DNA of 64,000 nt from Spirogloea muscicola (lineage: Eukaryota), in the NCBI GenBank assembly GCA_009602725.1, contig WELB01000007.1:1316310-1380309 (forward strand), read 5' to 3'. The notes under the pieces are model-generated. The model was given only the letters and a program-made list of their open reading frames with translations, had not been told where the DNA came from and ran no database searches. Of this stretch, positions 35,653-49,899 are shown piece after piece. The position numbers and the translations under genes are program-made. The first letter of the stretch is position 1. Each line of letters starts with the position of its first letter.

Positions 35653-38296
35653 ATGGCTCGCCAGCGGTGGCCGACGGCCGCCGCACTCCTTCTGGCGGTG
35701 GCGGCCTGCTGCGCCCACACAGTCGCGGGGTCTAGGCCCCTGCCTGACGGCGGCACCGGCAGCGAGGACTCCGAAGCCTTGGCGCTGGAGCAGCGGGATG
35801 GTGATCTTGACGAGGGCGCAACGGCACTCCTGGATGCCTGGCGGCGCGCCTACGGCCTCGACGACCCGCTCGGCCGCACCGTGCGCCCCTGTGAGTACCA
35901 GCCCGCGCCGTGCAGTAGCGTTCGAGGCCATTGCTGCCCCTCCACTACTCCCCTCCTTTGCTGCCTTATAACACACGTATATGTCTTTGCGAGACATGAA
36001 TATCAATACGGAATTGCTTCTTGAAGTGTTGAAAGTACAGGAATGCAATGTGAGCAAACATCCTAGTACCACTTGAAGGTCTCCCTCTTGCTGATTATTG
36101 ATTGCCATGCTCTGATCCCCGCTGCTTTGCTCGTCATGTCCGGCGTGCAGTCGTGAGCCTGCCTGAGAGCACGCCGCGCGCCCCGCACCTACACGATTGC
36201 CACACGGTCTCGCTGCAGAACAAGGCCGCTGACCGCCGGCATGCTAACGGCGCCATGCCTCCGTGGGCTGTGGTCACGGAGAACCCTGCGTTCGGCAACG
36301 CCTCCGCCCTCGCCCAATCTGCGGTCAGCGCCCCCACCATCGCCATTGCGATGCTTGCTTCTCACCGCCCCCCACCTTCCTCCCTCCTTTGAAGAAGCTA
36401 TTATCTGAGAGGTCTTGATGCACTTGCCCACTGCTGATTGGACGCGCGCTCTGCCGGCAGCCGCCATGGGTGGAGGGCGCGGACGCTGGCAACCTGCTGG
36501 GCACTCGCGCTGCACAGGCGTACCTTTGGTGGCACCAGCACCCTGCCGACTGCACCGACCCCGCCCTGCGCTTCCTGTACATCCCTTGGCGTGGAACACA
36601 CCGCAAGGGCGTCGGTTCACAGCTGCACTGGATGTCTGTGGCTATGGGTTATGCCCTGCTCACGGGCCGCATCCTCGTCGTCGGCGACAACTACGTACGT
36701 GCGGATCACCCAGGTTGTGCTGCCGCCGGGGAGGCGGGGCGCTTCCAGTGCTACTTCCACTCGCCAACCGCTAAAGAGTGCGAGGCCGTTGCCAAGCGCC
36801 TCTGGGCAGAGCAGGGTGGCGTTGGTGGGCCCGACGACGCCGTCATGGGCGAGCCGCCAGCGTCCATAATGTGGGCGCCGGCAGCCAAGGCGGCACACCA
36901 GCCGGACATTTGCCCAGGCCTGTGGTGCACCAATCAGGCTGTCTCATCAGCAACGAAGAGCCAGCGCTCAGCGGGGAGCGTCGAGTCTGGCGGCCGTTTG
37001 CGTGAGCATGTGCTTGATTGGTGGCGCGCTCAGTCCATCCGCTACCTCCTCCGCTTCCCCACTGGTGAGCACGACGACGTCCCTGCCCACTTATTGAGCC
37101 GCTATCATCATCGCAATCGTTGTCTATATACCTGAGGGGCAAGACTTTAAACTGAGCAGCCCGACCTGCTTGCAGAGTACCTGTGTCGCATGGAAAATAT
37201 AGCGCGGCACGAGGCATATGGTGGGTGGGTGGCTGAGTTGGTGGCTGCCAGCGAGAGGAGGCGCTTGTCGCTTGCAACAGATGACGGCGCCAGCAGCCGC
37301 CGCCAGGCGCTGGGCGAGCTGGAGACCACGCTGTGGCAATCCACACGTGACGTGCTCGGTAAGGGCCGCTGCCCGCAGCCGCCACATCTGCTGCCGGCAG
37401 CTCCTACATGCCCCATGCCTCCAATTCTCTGTAGCTCTTTCAGCCCTCCTTCCACTTTCAGCTGCTCGAGGTTGCGCCATCAAAGCTTTACTGCTGAGCC
37501 AGGAGATGGAGCCCCACCTTGACCTGACTAGTGATTTCAACTGCGCATCATTTGCAGTTCCGAGGCCGATGATCACCATGCACGTGCGTGGAGGCGCCAA
37601 GAAGCGCGAGATGGCGCTCTTTTCCCTCCGCGCTTTTATGGAGCAGGTCAGTGGTGCTGCTGTTTGGAAGCCCATGCAGCCCTGTTCTCGCTCCCCCGTA
37701 AGGCACAATTGTCATTGTCGTTCAAGGGCCGCTCCAAGTGCCTCATCTTGCACTTTCATGGCACTGGCCAGGCGGAGCGTGTGCGGAGCCACGACCCAAA
37801 TGTACATACAATCTGGCTGGCTTCGATGCTCGGCAGTGTACTAGAGGAGGCAGAAGCAGATTACACGCCACGGTGGACGTTTCTCTCCACTCGCCAACGC
37901 CGCCTGACAGTAAGTGGAGGCCTTGATGTCTTTGCGCACCTTGCAGCTCTTTGTTGACTTCATGGCTGCAGAATCTTGCTTGCAGAATGGGAGCTCACTG
38001 CTGTAATGATCGACTGTACTGTAATGGAGCAGAGGAAAGAGGAGGAGGGGGATTTTGATGATATCCCATCGACACCAGTGGCGTCGGACGCATCTCCGGA
38101 GGCGGCGGCAGAGGCTGCAGCCTGGGCGCTTAAGTCCTCAGTTGACCTGTCATTTGTGAATCTCCTGGTGCAATCCCAGGCGGACTACTTTGTTGGAACG
38201 CTCGGCTCCAACTGGGACCGTCTCGTTGACGAGCTTCGAAAGACTAATGGGCGCCTACGTGCGGGCTTCATTGCCCTGAATTACGGCCAGAATTGA
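35653..38296 (+). CDS. Secreted or membrane-anchored GT23-like (alpha-1,6-fucosyltransferase-like) glycosyltransferase
   Basis: N-terminal hydrophobic segment; AQAYLWWHQHPADC, GVGSQLH, QCYF, WWRAQSIRYLLRFPT|EYLC, PRPMITMHVRGGAK, NLLVQSQADYFVGTLGSNWDRLVDELR. Start codon and some middle exons uncertain. Confidence 0.8.
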
Positions 38297-39438
38297 TGGT
38301 GCACTGCTGTATTATATCGTTGTCACTGTCGCGCTTCCTTAGGAGGCCACATGGATCTGCTAGCAATATAGCGCACAAAGCATAAGGAAATACAGTCTCA
38401 AAGTAGGGTGCCCATTTGCGCCGCCGCCCTAGCAAGTTCACGTGTTGTGGAGTTGTCTCTGTACGTTAGAACACTCTTGGAGATCTGTAGGCTGCTCTGA
38501 CAAACGGGACATGCAGCGCCCAGCACCCATTCGGGCTGGCTCGCTGATGATGGACGCCCTCACTCTGTGTAGCTCGGTCTCCGTTGCCATTGCGACAGAC
38601 CTGCAGTTCAGGAGCGCTGGCGTGAATTGTCCTCTTAAAACAACAAGTTGCGCAGTTGGTGCTCTTGTGCGCCTCTGCAGATTCTTTCATTCAATCGTTC
38701 GTCACGCACAGCAATGTTCTCTCATATGGACACACAGTTCGTATACCACTTTTGCAGCTGAGCTGATTGTGCACTGCGCATTTGCCGAGCTGGCCCGCTA
38801 ATCTGTCTGTCACATTTGGTCCACGGGGCCAGGATGGGGGCTCGGGCACAATATTTTCGTCACCGGCAGGGCAAGCACAGGAGACATAGCGCGCAGTACG
38901 CATGACATGAAATGGCGACAAGCCGCCACCCGAGCCAATACACTGATCATGCAAAACGAGGGGCCTGAGTGGCCAAAGTACGAAGGCAAGCACACGTACA
39001 AATGTACCGTCAGATGTGCACATTCTCATACCCCAAACCCCGGTGGCACGAGAATCACTCAGTCCACGGTTTACCCCCGGGGGTGGGGGTAAAACGTGCT
39101 GACTCGTTGTTATTGAGCGGGTCAGCTTAGCAGCAGGTGATGTACATCTGTCAACGTGCTGGCCATCGTACTTGGCCACTCAGGCCCTCCATCACTCAGC
39201 ACACACTCCGTTCCAACCGGGGTTTGGGGTTTGAGCAGCGCTCCAAAACACTTGGCTTCATTCATTCCTCTCAAGCTCGAGCTCGAGCTCGAGTCCGAGC
39301 CGAGCGCGAGGCCGCGCCATGGCGGCGCCGCCCGCCTCGCCGCCTGCCGTGACTGCCGGCGCACCCTGATGTCGAACCTCGCCTGCCGCAGCCGGCCTTC
39401 TCTTCTCTTGCCTCTCGCCCGCCTGCTCCTCGCCCCCG

Positions 39439-42400
39439 ATGGCGTCCAAGTTCCGGCGGCAGCAGCGGCGGCGGCGGTGGTCCGGCGCCGGCACCGCCTT
39501 CCCCGCGAGCTACGCCGACGAGGCGCTCGCGCCGCTGCTGTGCGGCTCGCCGCCCGCCGTGGCGCTGGCCGCCGAGCTCGCCCGGCTGGCTGGCGCGTCC
39601 ACGACCTACGCCGAGATCCCGCAGGTCAAGCTCGTCGCCGACGCCTTCCTGCGCCTCTGGGCGACGGCGGCGGCGGCGGCGGGATCCTCCGAAGGCCACA
39701 CGGCGGCGACTCGGAGCGAGCTTCAGGCGGCCACGCACATCCTGGTGGAGCTGCTGTTCCTGCCGAACTCGCGCCCGCTGCACCGCGGCCTGCTCGCCGC
39801 GCTCCTCAAGCTCCCGCCTCCCGGCCTTGCTACGATGGTAGACGCCTTCCGCCAGTGCTCTCTGGACTACGGCACTGGCGGCCACAAGTGGCGCCCCTTT
39901 GGCTGCACGGCTGCCGCTGCCACGCTCGTGTGCCCTGCTTACAAGGTACTGTGCGAGAGAGCTGGCATATGGCTTGCTGGATCTGCGGTCTCACAGTCAC
40001 ATCAACTTGCTATCTACCACAGCTGCATCGCGTCCTGGCAGCATTTGGGACAGGAGCTGCCAATAGATCAGGCTACTTGGCAGGGTTAAGGGTTTAGGCT
40101 GAGCGAATGGTGCTCTGTGCTCGCTCGGGCGAATCTTGATCCCTCTTGTCACACTTGTCACCAGCTCTCGACTGAGGACGCTTGCAAGCTGTGAAAACGA
40201 TGGAGAAGTAGCCACTGATGCCAGCGACTCGATTTGGCACCCTGCAGTCACACCTCGAAGAGGCCTGCCGGGCATGCGCTCTCCAGCTCGGCCGGTCGCT
40301 GACCTTGGACGTTGCTGCTGTACTTGGAGATGCCATGGCTGGCAGTCGACTCAATCCTGCCGCAATGGATGAGTGCCAAGAGTCGCTGTCTGTCCTCTAC
40401 TACCTACTCCAGAACTACCTCAACGAGTTTGGGGTCAGGGTTGCGCCCAGAGCAAGCACAGACAGCGCGCCTGATGCAGAAGAAAGCGGCCCAGGGGACG
40501 CCTGCGACCAAGGTCGAGAGAATCCAAGCAATGCTGGCAAGTCAGGACAGAGCGCCCCTGCCGAGGACGCATGGTCAATGAAGCCGGTGGATGTCGCGAT
40601 GGTGGACATGCTCCTCAATGTGCTGCAGCACCCACTCCTGTCCAGGGACTGCATTGTGACCGCCAGCGGAGGGCTCTGTGCCGCCATCCAGGTCAGGCCA
40701 TGTCATACTCATCTTTCTTACTGCTCAAAGATGTACCTCAGCCTCTGTGGCTGTGGTAGTTTTTGTCTTATTGATGACACCTCGTTCATCGCTATTACGA
40801 CTTGATCTTTCAGGAAATGCAGCTGTCTGTTGCTGTCTGCGTGAAGCTTCCTTGCGCTTTCTGCAAGGCGTTGCTTATACTTCAGCAACATCTGCCTGGT
40901 CAGTTGTGCTGATACTTGCTACACAGTTGGACATATCCACAGAGCACGCCGCCTGGCTCTTTGCATCTTCTGTCGCTCCAAGTCACTGCATCATCGCGGA
41001 CAGCGTCGGCGGGGCGGGGCTGACTGGGCAAGAGGTACAAGCCGAACGTAGCCCACAATGCGAGGACGACAACGTGCACGGCAACAACAAGAGCCCTCGA
41101 GATGCAGACACTGCACCAATATGGCAGGAGTCCCGCTTTGAGGAGGCACTGAGGAGCCTGGGGCGTTGCAACTTGGTGGAGGAGATCAAGAAGCTGGATG
41201 GCTTCAGCCGCCTGTGCTGGCTGCGAGGCTTGCTGGCGGCTGTCCCGAGGCAGGCTCTCAACAAGTACCTGCTCTGCACAGAGAAGGAGCCTGACTTAGA
41301 TGGACTCTGCAAGGTCTTCCATGCCTCTGTGCCGTTTGTGCCAGACTGGGCTGGTAATGTTTCGGGCACCCATGGAGTTGCAAGTATGGGTAGTCGTTGG
41401 CACGTGTGGACGCTCCTGTACGATGGCATCCTCCCAGCATTGTGCGCATGCTGCCAGCAGGCGAGGGATGGGCACTTCAGGCTCCATGCCGTCACGGCCC
41501 TCCAGGTCAGGTTCCATGCTAGCCAAGGAGTGTGCCTCTATCACCTGTGGATATGTCAATGTGATCGCTAGCTCATGCCAAAACTTCTGCACTCAACAGG
41601 GCCCTTCAGATGGTACTTCGTAGGCCCAGCCGTGTTTTCTCTTTCTACAAGCGCTTCACTCAAAGTGACGCTGCCTCCGTATACAATGTGACCAGATTTG
41701 CTTGCAGCAAGTCAAGACGTCTCTGCTGGACGGAGTCACTGATACAGCTGAGGAAGCTTGGCAGCTTCCAGACGGGCAAGTGCAGGAGGTGAGCATCTAT
41801 TTATGCAGGTCGATGCCTTGGGTGACGTAATGTGATTATGTCGCTTGCTTGTTCACCTTGCCTTGGTTCCACCTGCCAAAGTAGAAATGCAGATACTGTC
41901 TATCATATGTTCTACTTTACTGAGATTTCGTATTCGTAGTGGTACGTACTCTGAGAAATCTCTTTTGCACCTCACATAAGTGGTTGAGGCATATGTGAGG
42001 TGTTTTTGTCACCGCAGGCATATGATCCCCTGCCTCAACAAACAGTCGACCTCCTCCTCAAAATTGTATGGAATAACTGGGAGGATCCCCTCTCGCAGAC
42101 TGTCAAGCAAGTGCATATGATATTTGACCTTCTCATGGACATTCACACAATCAAGGGTACATCCATGGGCACACTCCCAGTTCGAAGCGGTTTCGAATCT
42201 GAAGCCCGCCTGTCGAACGCAGTCGTCGCTTGCGGATCTGTGGATGCCGCTTCAGCCGTGACTTTTGAGGAGAATGCAGACCTGGAGTCTTCTCGTAACT
42301 CACGAGCAGGATTGTCAGAGCAGCGCTCCGATGGCGACCCAGCACAAGAACTTGGTTCTAGAGGCTGCAGGGACGAGAACGTCAGTTCGGTGCCATTCCT

Positions 42401-45400
42401 GGAGCAGCTGGCAAAGCGTCTCCTTGCGGTTGGTGGGCACAGGAAGGGGCGCTATGTGCCGCTGGCCTCTGTGGCTGCGCGACTTGGTGCTTTGAAGCTC
42501 CTGGACAACTATCCAGGCCTCTTATTCCAGGTCTGACTTCCCAGAGGCTGTGCCTGGCACAGTTGCTTTGCTTAGCTGCTCATTTGCATGGCAAGTGCTC
42601 ACGCAAAGTAGGAGACTCGCAGTCAGTCATTGCTCAGGTGTCAAGAGCAGAGATAAGAATCTTTCGTCAGATGTTACTGGCTGACTTGGTTAAGCAGGAT
42701 TGGTCAAGCAGACGGTGTATGCTATGGAAGACGAGGGGGTCATGTGCGCAGCCAGTGCGTTCCTGAAGGTCTTCCTAGAGAAGATGCGGCAGGAGTGCTG
42801 GGCCCCAAAAGTGGGGCAAGCTAGCCCCTTCGTGCATGGAGACGTCCGTTGGAGGCGGCTCTGGATGCCCCCTATGCTCGGCGCAATGCTCTTGGGCGAT
42901 TCCAAGCTGAGGAGCGCAGTCACAACCTACGGCTTGGCCATTGCGCTGCAGATGGATGGTGACAGCCTCTGGCCCATGTTGGCATTCATTCTTCATCGAG
43001 CAAAGCAGAGGGACGGAGCTCCATGTGAGAGCTGTGGTAGCGATCAGGCGCAGGAGGAAGATGGAGGGGCGTGGCAAGAGTTGGCAGGCGCACCAGGGCT
43101 GCCTGCCGCTGCAAGTGAGGGCCAAAGCATTGCCGCCATGGTGTGCCTGCTAAAGGTGGCCCGCCAGCTCGGGCTGGTCGATGGCGTGCTTGACCATTTG
43201 TTTGAGCAGCCCGGCGAGAGCAATGGAGGCAGTGGCGAGCAGCTTCTGAGCGGCCGCCCTTGCGCTGGACGACCAAGGGTGCCCCTTGCCATGCTAGAGG
43301 CGGCGATGTCGCACGCAGATGACGCCCTCCGCCTGGATGCAGCAGAGCTGGTGTGCCTGAGCCCCAAGACGGCGAGCCTGCCCTCACGCCTGGAGCTGGC
43401 GCTGCTGCGCACTGCCGTCCCCCTCAACCTCCGCTGCTCCTCAACCTTCTTCCGCATGCGCTGGGCGTCGCTCATGCGGCGGCTCCTGCTGCGGATAAGG
43501 ACGGCTGTGCACCACAGCGGAAGAGTTGACGAGTTGAGGATTGCCAGGCACCCACTTAAGAGTGCTGATAAGCAGCCCGCAGGAGCAGCTTATGTGGTGT
43601 CATTAAGAGGCCGTGATCTATCACCAGACAGTCGCAAGCTATGCAATGGTTCTCCAAAAGAGGCAATGGCGTTCGTCAGGTGGCTTGGGCGCACGCTGCT
43701 CCTGTCGCTCTACCCGTCTGCCCCTTACGAGCGCAAGATCATGGCCATGGAGCTATTCAAGGCCCTGATACAAGTCTGGGCTCCACCATGCGGCGGCTGC
43801 ACCTTCCATCTGCTCCCACGACCGGATGTCAGCAAGACGATGTTGGCAAGTGGCGTGCCAGCTGCTGACGACTTGGCGTTCCAAAGCTATGGGGAGAAGC
43901 GGCTGTCAACCTTCACAAACAGCGCCGACAGGTCTGAGGTTGACTGGCGAGTCCGCGAATTGGAGGAAGACCTCCGTCCCTACGACGAGGGCCTCTTCAA
44001 CCGCGAGGCTACTGCGATGGTCCTGGCGGCTCTCGTGGACAGCTGGGACCGGCTGCGTGAGAGCACGTTCGACATCCTCACAAGCTATTCCCAGCCGCTG
44101 CCTGGGCTGGCGTGCCCCGAGGACGTGGGGGGTGTCGCCCGGTGGGCCATGTCGTTGGTGGCCAGCCCGAGGGTGCGCGAGAGTGATGCGGGGTCCCTGG
44201 TACTCCGCCTGATCTTCAGGAAGTATGTGCTTGGGCTTGGCTGGACGGTGCGATTGCATCCACATGCACAAATCTTGGCAAGTGAGCACAACAGTCCAGA
44301 ACGTTGCCAGCAGTGCATCAATCTTCACTCTTGCTCATCTGAGGTTGCGGACTCTGCAAGTAGTGGGAAATATGGTAAGGCAATGGTCGCCTACTTGAGC
44401 TCGCTGTGCGACTGGCTGGAGACGGGTCTAGTGGAGGCGGAGGTAAACCTGGTGGAGGCCTGCAAGCACAGCTTGGTGCATGGCGTGCTGCTAGTCACGC
44501 GCTACAGCATTGAGGAGATTGATTGGACATCTGCGTCTGTGCAGGTACTAGAAGATTCACACTGTCCCTATTGTCCAACTCTTGATGTCAGTTAGCCTGT
44601 TGCTCAACAAGCAATATTGCATCTGGTACCTTATTACTCCGGTTGCAAAGAAATAATACACGTCTTTGTGATCTGATCCAGATGATGTCGGTTGACTTGC
44701 AAGCGTACTTCCAACGACTTTTAGGCCTCCTTTTGCGCGTCACTTCGCTCGCCCTCTGGGTCGTCTCCGCTGATGCCCTGCAGCTGGGACCCAGCCATGA
44801 AAGTGACAACCCCGAGGGCGATGCTGAGATGAATTTAGAAGATGGCGATGCTTCTTGCTGTCTTATGGACGGGCAAGCTAGCATGCCTGAAGCAGATGTA
44901 GGAGATGCCGAGCAGGAAGAAGATGTCTCTGAGCTGGATAGCGAGGGTTTGGCACCAGTTGAGCAGATGATTATGGTTGGTTGCTGGCTGTCCATGAAAG
45001 AGGTACGACATGATCCTTCTTTCACACATTAATACGTAGTCACGAGGTGCATGGTGCATCACATTGTAGACTGCACTCACGCTTGAAGCATGTCCTGCTA
45101 CTTGTGAGTCAAGCTGAGGTCAACCTCCTATGATGGTGACACATCGCATTAAGATTGCAGGTTAGCCTTCTTCTGGGCACTATTGTGCGGCGAGTGCCCT
45201 TGCCAGGTTCTGAGCAGGAGGCGCTCCTGCACTCGTTGAGGAGCAAGGGCTTGTCAAAGCAAGTCAGGATGGAAGCAAAGGGCAAGAGTAGTGTTCAAGG
45301 GTTGCCACTTTTGAACGATGCCCAGCTTGAGGTCCAGCCTTTGGACTCCACACTGAGATGCTGAGATGTTGGACTCCTCTGCGTGCAATGGCTGGGCTCA

Positions 45401-48400
45401 AAGTGTATCAGATATATTATTGATGTTGTCCTGCCTGTGCTAGACGATTTTGTAAGCATGAGCATTGCTTGGTGTCCTTATCTGGCTTGACAGGAGGTAG
45501 GCAACCATTTCCTAGAGGTTTTGCTGGCACTGAAGCACAATGGCGCCATTGACAAGACTCGCTATGGCTTCATCGCTGTGATTGAGCGCCTTTTGCGCTC
45601 CACTTCGCCACTGTGAGCTATTGATTGCCACTTGAATTAGGTCCCATTTCCAGCTTTCCAACTTGTAAGCAGTGTCTTCTTCTGTACCCAATACATGGCA
45701 AAGTGGGTGGCAAGATCTACACAAGAGCCTGAGTCGGCGATAGCATCAAGGCAGTAATGGTCATACAGGCATGCAGACACCTGCTGTGTGCTACCAAAGT
45801 GCATCTGCTTCTACAAGCATGCATTTCCTGAGATACTCCTTCATGCATGCAGTGTGAATCGACTGCCAGAGACCTGGCTGGAGAAGCTCGTCAGGCGCAC
45901 GGCAGCTGCCGGGCAGACTGCTGATGATCTGCTCAGAAGGTCTGCTGGCATACCTGCAGCCTTTCTTGCACACTTCCTCGGAGAGCCAGACGACGGGCCC
46001 AAGAGGCTGCTTCCAGCGGCCATGGCATGGCTCTTGAAAGTGGCCAATGGCAAAACCCCAGAAGACGTTCTTGATGGGTTCTGGGACGTCAAACAGGGCG
46101 ACGACTTTGAGGCCTCCGATCTTGAGCAGCAAGCTGGTGACAGTACCGGTGCAATCGATGTCAAAGACTTCATTCCAGCCGTGCACGCCTTCAACACGCT
46201 GAGAGCCGCATTCAGTGACACGAATTTGGCCACAGACACCTCGGGCTTCTGCGCGCAGGGCATCATGAATGCCATCGATGGATTTTCGTCAAGCCATTGG
46301 CAGGTCAGGAATGCCGCTTGCCTCACATTCACGGCCCTTGTGCACCGGACACTCGGCTTTCTCAATAATGTTCACAAGGAGACTGCAAGACGAGCAATTA
46401 CCTGCTTCGAGTTCTTTCATAGGTACATTATCCCCCTTGTATCTATACTTGCGTGCATGCACAAGGGTGTTGATTATACAAAGTGCAAAGTCATACAGAG
46501 CCTCCTCAGTTTGCTGCTTCTGTGTGCTCATTCATCTATTCTCTGGTGAGTGCTGGAAGTGAACTGTCCAGCCAAAGTATGTCATTGTTGGTGCATTGTA
46601 TTGGAAATCAGATGCAGTGCCTGACGTCTTTCAGGTACCCTACGCTTCTACCCTTCTTCTTAAGACACCTGAAACTGGCCACCTTGCAGCTAAAGAGTGG
46701 TATGCCAAAGTTGGCGCCGAGCTGGTGCCCCATCCTTGTCCTACTCTCGCGCCTGCAGCCCTCAACAACCAGAATCAACAGCTCTGACTGGCTCAGCCCC
46801 TCGGCGCTGATCCCTGATGTCAGCAGCCTAGCTACGCAGAAAGACTTCCATGTCAGATTGTTGGCTTCGCGGTCCCTTGTGCCGCTTGTCCCTGCCAAGG
46901 AGCTCCCGAGCTTCCTCCACGGGCTCGCTGAGAGCCTCCCCAGCAGTGGGTCACTCAAGGACACAGAGAACGACCTCGCCAGTGGCCTGTACCTGGGCGA
47001 CACTCTCCTGCAGGAGAAGGGCAGGTCACAACCATCACAGACCACAGGTCAGCAGAATAACAGGGTGCATGGCCTGCTCCTTCAGATGCAGACCCTGCTG
47101 TCGAGCAGCTGCACAGTGTTGCCGCAAGCTGCCGACCGGCTTGCTACAGTGGAGCTCCTTCTGCCAGCGGTGTCGGTGCGGTCATGGCTCGGAAGCCTTT
47201 GGAGCTGCAAGTGTCCATTGGTTGTCAAGGAGTACCTTAAGATGGTAGAAGGGCTCTGGGCGCTAGCCAGGAGCTGCAGCGTCGCCCATACAATGACGAG
47301 CGAACCAGGAATCCAGCAGGATGCAGTTATCGCGGCAAGACAGGAGAGCTTGTGCCAGCGTGTGGAGGACTTCCTTTCAAGCCTATGCCGAGATGTGTTG
47401 AGGACTCGCTCCTTAGGCAGAGATGCGATGCTTGTGCCGCCTCGAGCAGCAGCTGCCTCTATTCTTTGTGCGTTGGCTGTGAAGTGCAACAAGGACAGCC
47501 ATGCTGTGGAAAGCCATGTGCGCTCTTTCACTGGACTTGAAGGCCAAGCTTTCATTGGCGAGAGCTCAGACCGACCAAAGGCTGCTGCAAGTACGACTGG
47601 CAGATCCAGTCTGGCCCCCAGATTGGGGATGACTACTCAACATCATCCTGAGGGCCCTGCCATATTCGAAAATTTCCAGAGCCAACTGTCTGATCCTATG
47701 TATGAAGTACGGCTGGCTACCTTGAAGGTCCTGAAGAGCAGCAAATGTAATGGAGCAAGGATCTCACTGTTCATTCCAATGATAGTCGATTGCGTGTCAT
47801 CTGAGGACCACCCAAGTTGCCAGCGGAAGATTCTGCAGCTGCTGTTTATGTGGAGCCGAAGTCACAGTGTTGTGCCAGGGCAGGATGACAACACTGACGA
47901 GAATGGGATCTGGGGCAGCTGCCAGTCAGCTGTCCAGCTTTGGAAGATGGTGGAAGCCGTGTATGTGAGCTCAGGGCAGGTGAAGAGCCGTGAGGCAGCT
48001 CTGAAGTGCCTGGGAGCATGCCTCAGCCGCATCCTGGCTAATAATCCCATGGCTGAGTACACTCCAGCAATACTGGCTCAGTGGATGGGCATGGTCTCAC
48101 GGCACAGTCACGCACGGGAACCAGTGACGTTTCGGCGTGCCACAGCGGAGTCAATCATAGCTTCCGGCCTCTTGCACCCTGATCATGCCAGATTGCCTCA
48201 AAGTGTCAGTATCTCAGCCCCTTCAGATTGCACACTAAATGTGGAGCACGTGACTCCAGCTGCAGACGTTGTGCGGTCAGGGCAACATGCAGTGTCCAGG
48301 GATGCAGAGGACAGGTACAGAGACCTGCATGAAAAGACTTCAATGCAAGTATGGCTGATGTGCATCCGGCTGCTGGAGGACGAGGATGCCAATGTGCGGC

Positions 48401-49569
48401 ACAGCCTGGCTCTGGCTATGCAAGAAGCCATGGTCAACAGTACCACATCTTCTTGTGGAGAGAGCTTGATCCCTTGTCAGGTAAGGTGGCCTTCTTGGCA
48501 CGTGGTCTTGCCTCCAGTGGTGCATGCCTTTTGGCTTTGGTCAGTGGGTCTCAGCTCCTAAGTCAGCACTTTAGCCGAGCACCCTCTGTTGCTCCGTGAC
48601 ATCTGGCGAGGAAGGCAAAGCTTGCCTGCGTCAAGCAGTCAAATAGTCCGTTTCCTATCTTGCCAACCTTTGTAGTAGTGCTGCATGTCCTCGCATGCTC
48701 GCATCGTCAACCGCTTACTTGGACATGTCTGTGTACTCATATAGGTGGAGAAAGTGATGCAGCAAAGTTTTGAGCATTTGGCAGCAACCTTTGGAAGCAG
48801 CCCTGCCTTTGTGTCTCTCCTGGAGGAGTGGATACTGGGCTCTGACTTGAGTATCCATAATCCAACGTACCTGGGCAGAAGGAATCTGAACCTTGTCAGA
48901 AAGCTATTTGACAAGGAGATTGACAATCACCACGAGGAAATTCTCTTATGTGTGCAGCTGGCCTGCTCGCAGCTCGCAAAGATTGTTGAAGCACTTCGTC
49001 AGGGGACAAGCAAGCGCCAAGTACAGGGCCTTGCCATCGAAAAGCACCAGGAAGTAACCAGCCACGCAGCTGACAGCAGGAGCACTGCTGGCCCTGACTG
49101 GCTATGGTGCTCGCGCGCCAGGTTTAGCAAGGCCCTGCTGGCTATGTCTGAGTCAGCTCTGGAGCTGCACACGCGGTTGACATGGGTTGGAGGAGCGACC
49201 AACCATCCTGAGATATTTCAGCCACTCTTGCGGCTCTTACTCGGGCTATGCGCCTTGGGTGCAGCACCAGATGAAGCTTCGACCACCACTTCCCTGGATA
49301 GAGTTCTTGACTCAAGCACTTCAAGAAATCCTGAGGTGCAGTACCTCACAGCAGACAAGCATGCCGCGCTGGCAGTAGACTTGCAGCAAGCGGCTGAGTT
49401 GCTGCTGTCGATCCCCCTAAACTTCATCCTCTCTAATGTGTTACTGCGCATGCTGAGATGCTATGAGCATCTCCTTGCTGTGCCCTTAGGCAGCGAGAGA
49501 TGTGAACTGGCCATGGGCCCCACCAGATTAGCAATGTTCGAGCCATTCTTTTTGCTTCCACCACCTTGA
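39439..49569 (+). CDS. THADA: THADA / Trm732 homolog (large ARM-repeat tRNA 2'-O-methylation cofactor, DUF2428)
   Basis: NNWEDPLSQTVKQV, HRKGRYVPL, YPSAPYERK, DSWDRLRE, SPRVRESDAG, MVGCWLSMKEVSLLLG, LKHNGAIDK, LLRRSAGIPAAF, VHAFNTLRAAF, FEFFHR|YP; large exons with GT-AG introns. Confidence 0.93.
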
Positions 49570-49899
49570 GAGCTCAAATGAAGCCTCATGCTGGTGGCAG
49601 AACAGACATGCTGAAAGTCATGGTGTCAAAGCAGCTGGCTTGAAGAAGCACCTGAACCTTCAATTCATGAAGGTCCAGGTCAGGTACAAAACCACTACTG
49701 ATAACGCCTTTGACCACGTTGTCAGCTGTGCCGCATTCTGCGGGAGGTATATGTACATGTCCAGGAGGTTTTGTGATGACCATAGCTTAAAAGGAGTGCG
49801 ACGGAGGTAGAAGATGTGGCTGGCGGCTCTTGCCATGCTCAAAGAAGCTATGACTGCTACACAGGATCATTGAGCACAGTTGAGCTGCTGTCATCATGC

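Noticed and set aside
35102..36108. Minus-strand 194-318 aa ORFs
   Set aside because: Antisense shadows of the GC-rich first exon of the glycosyltransferase gene.
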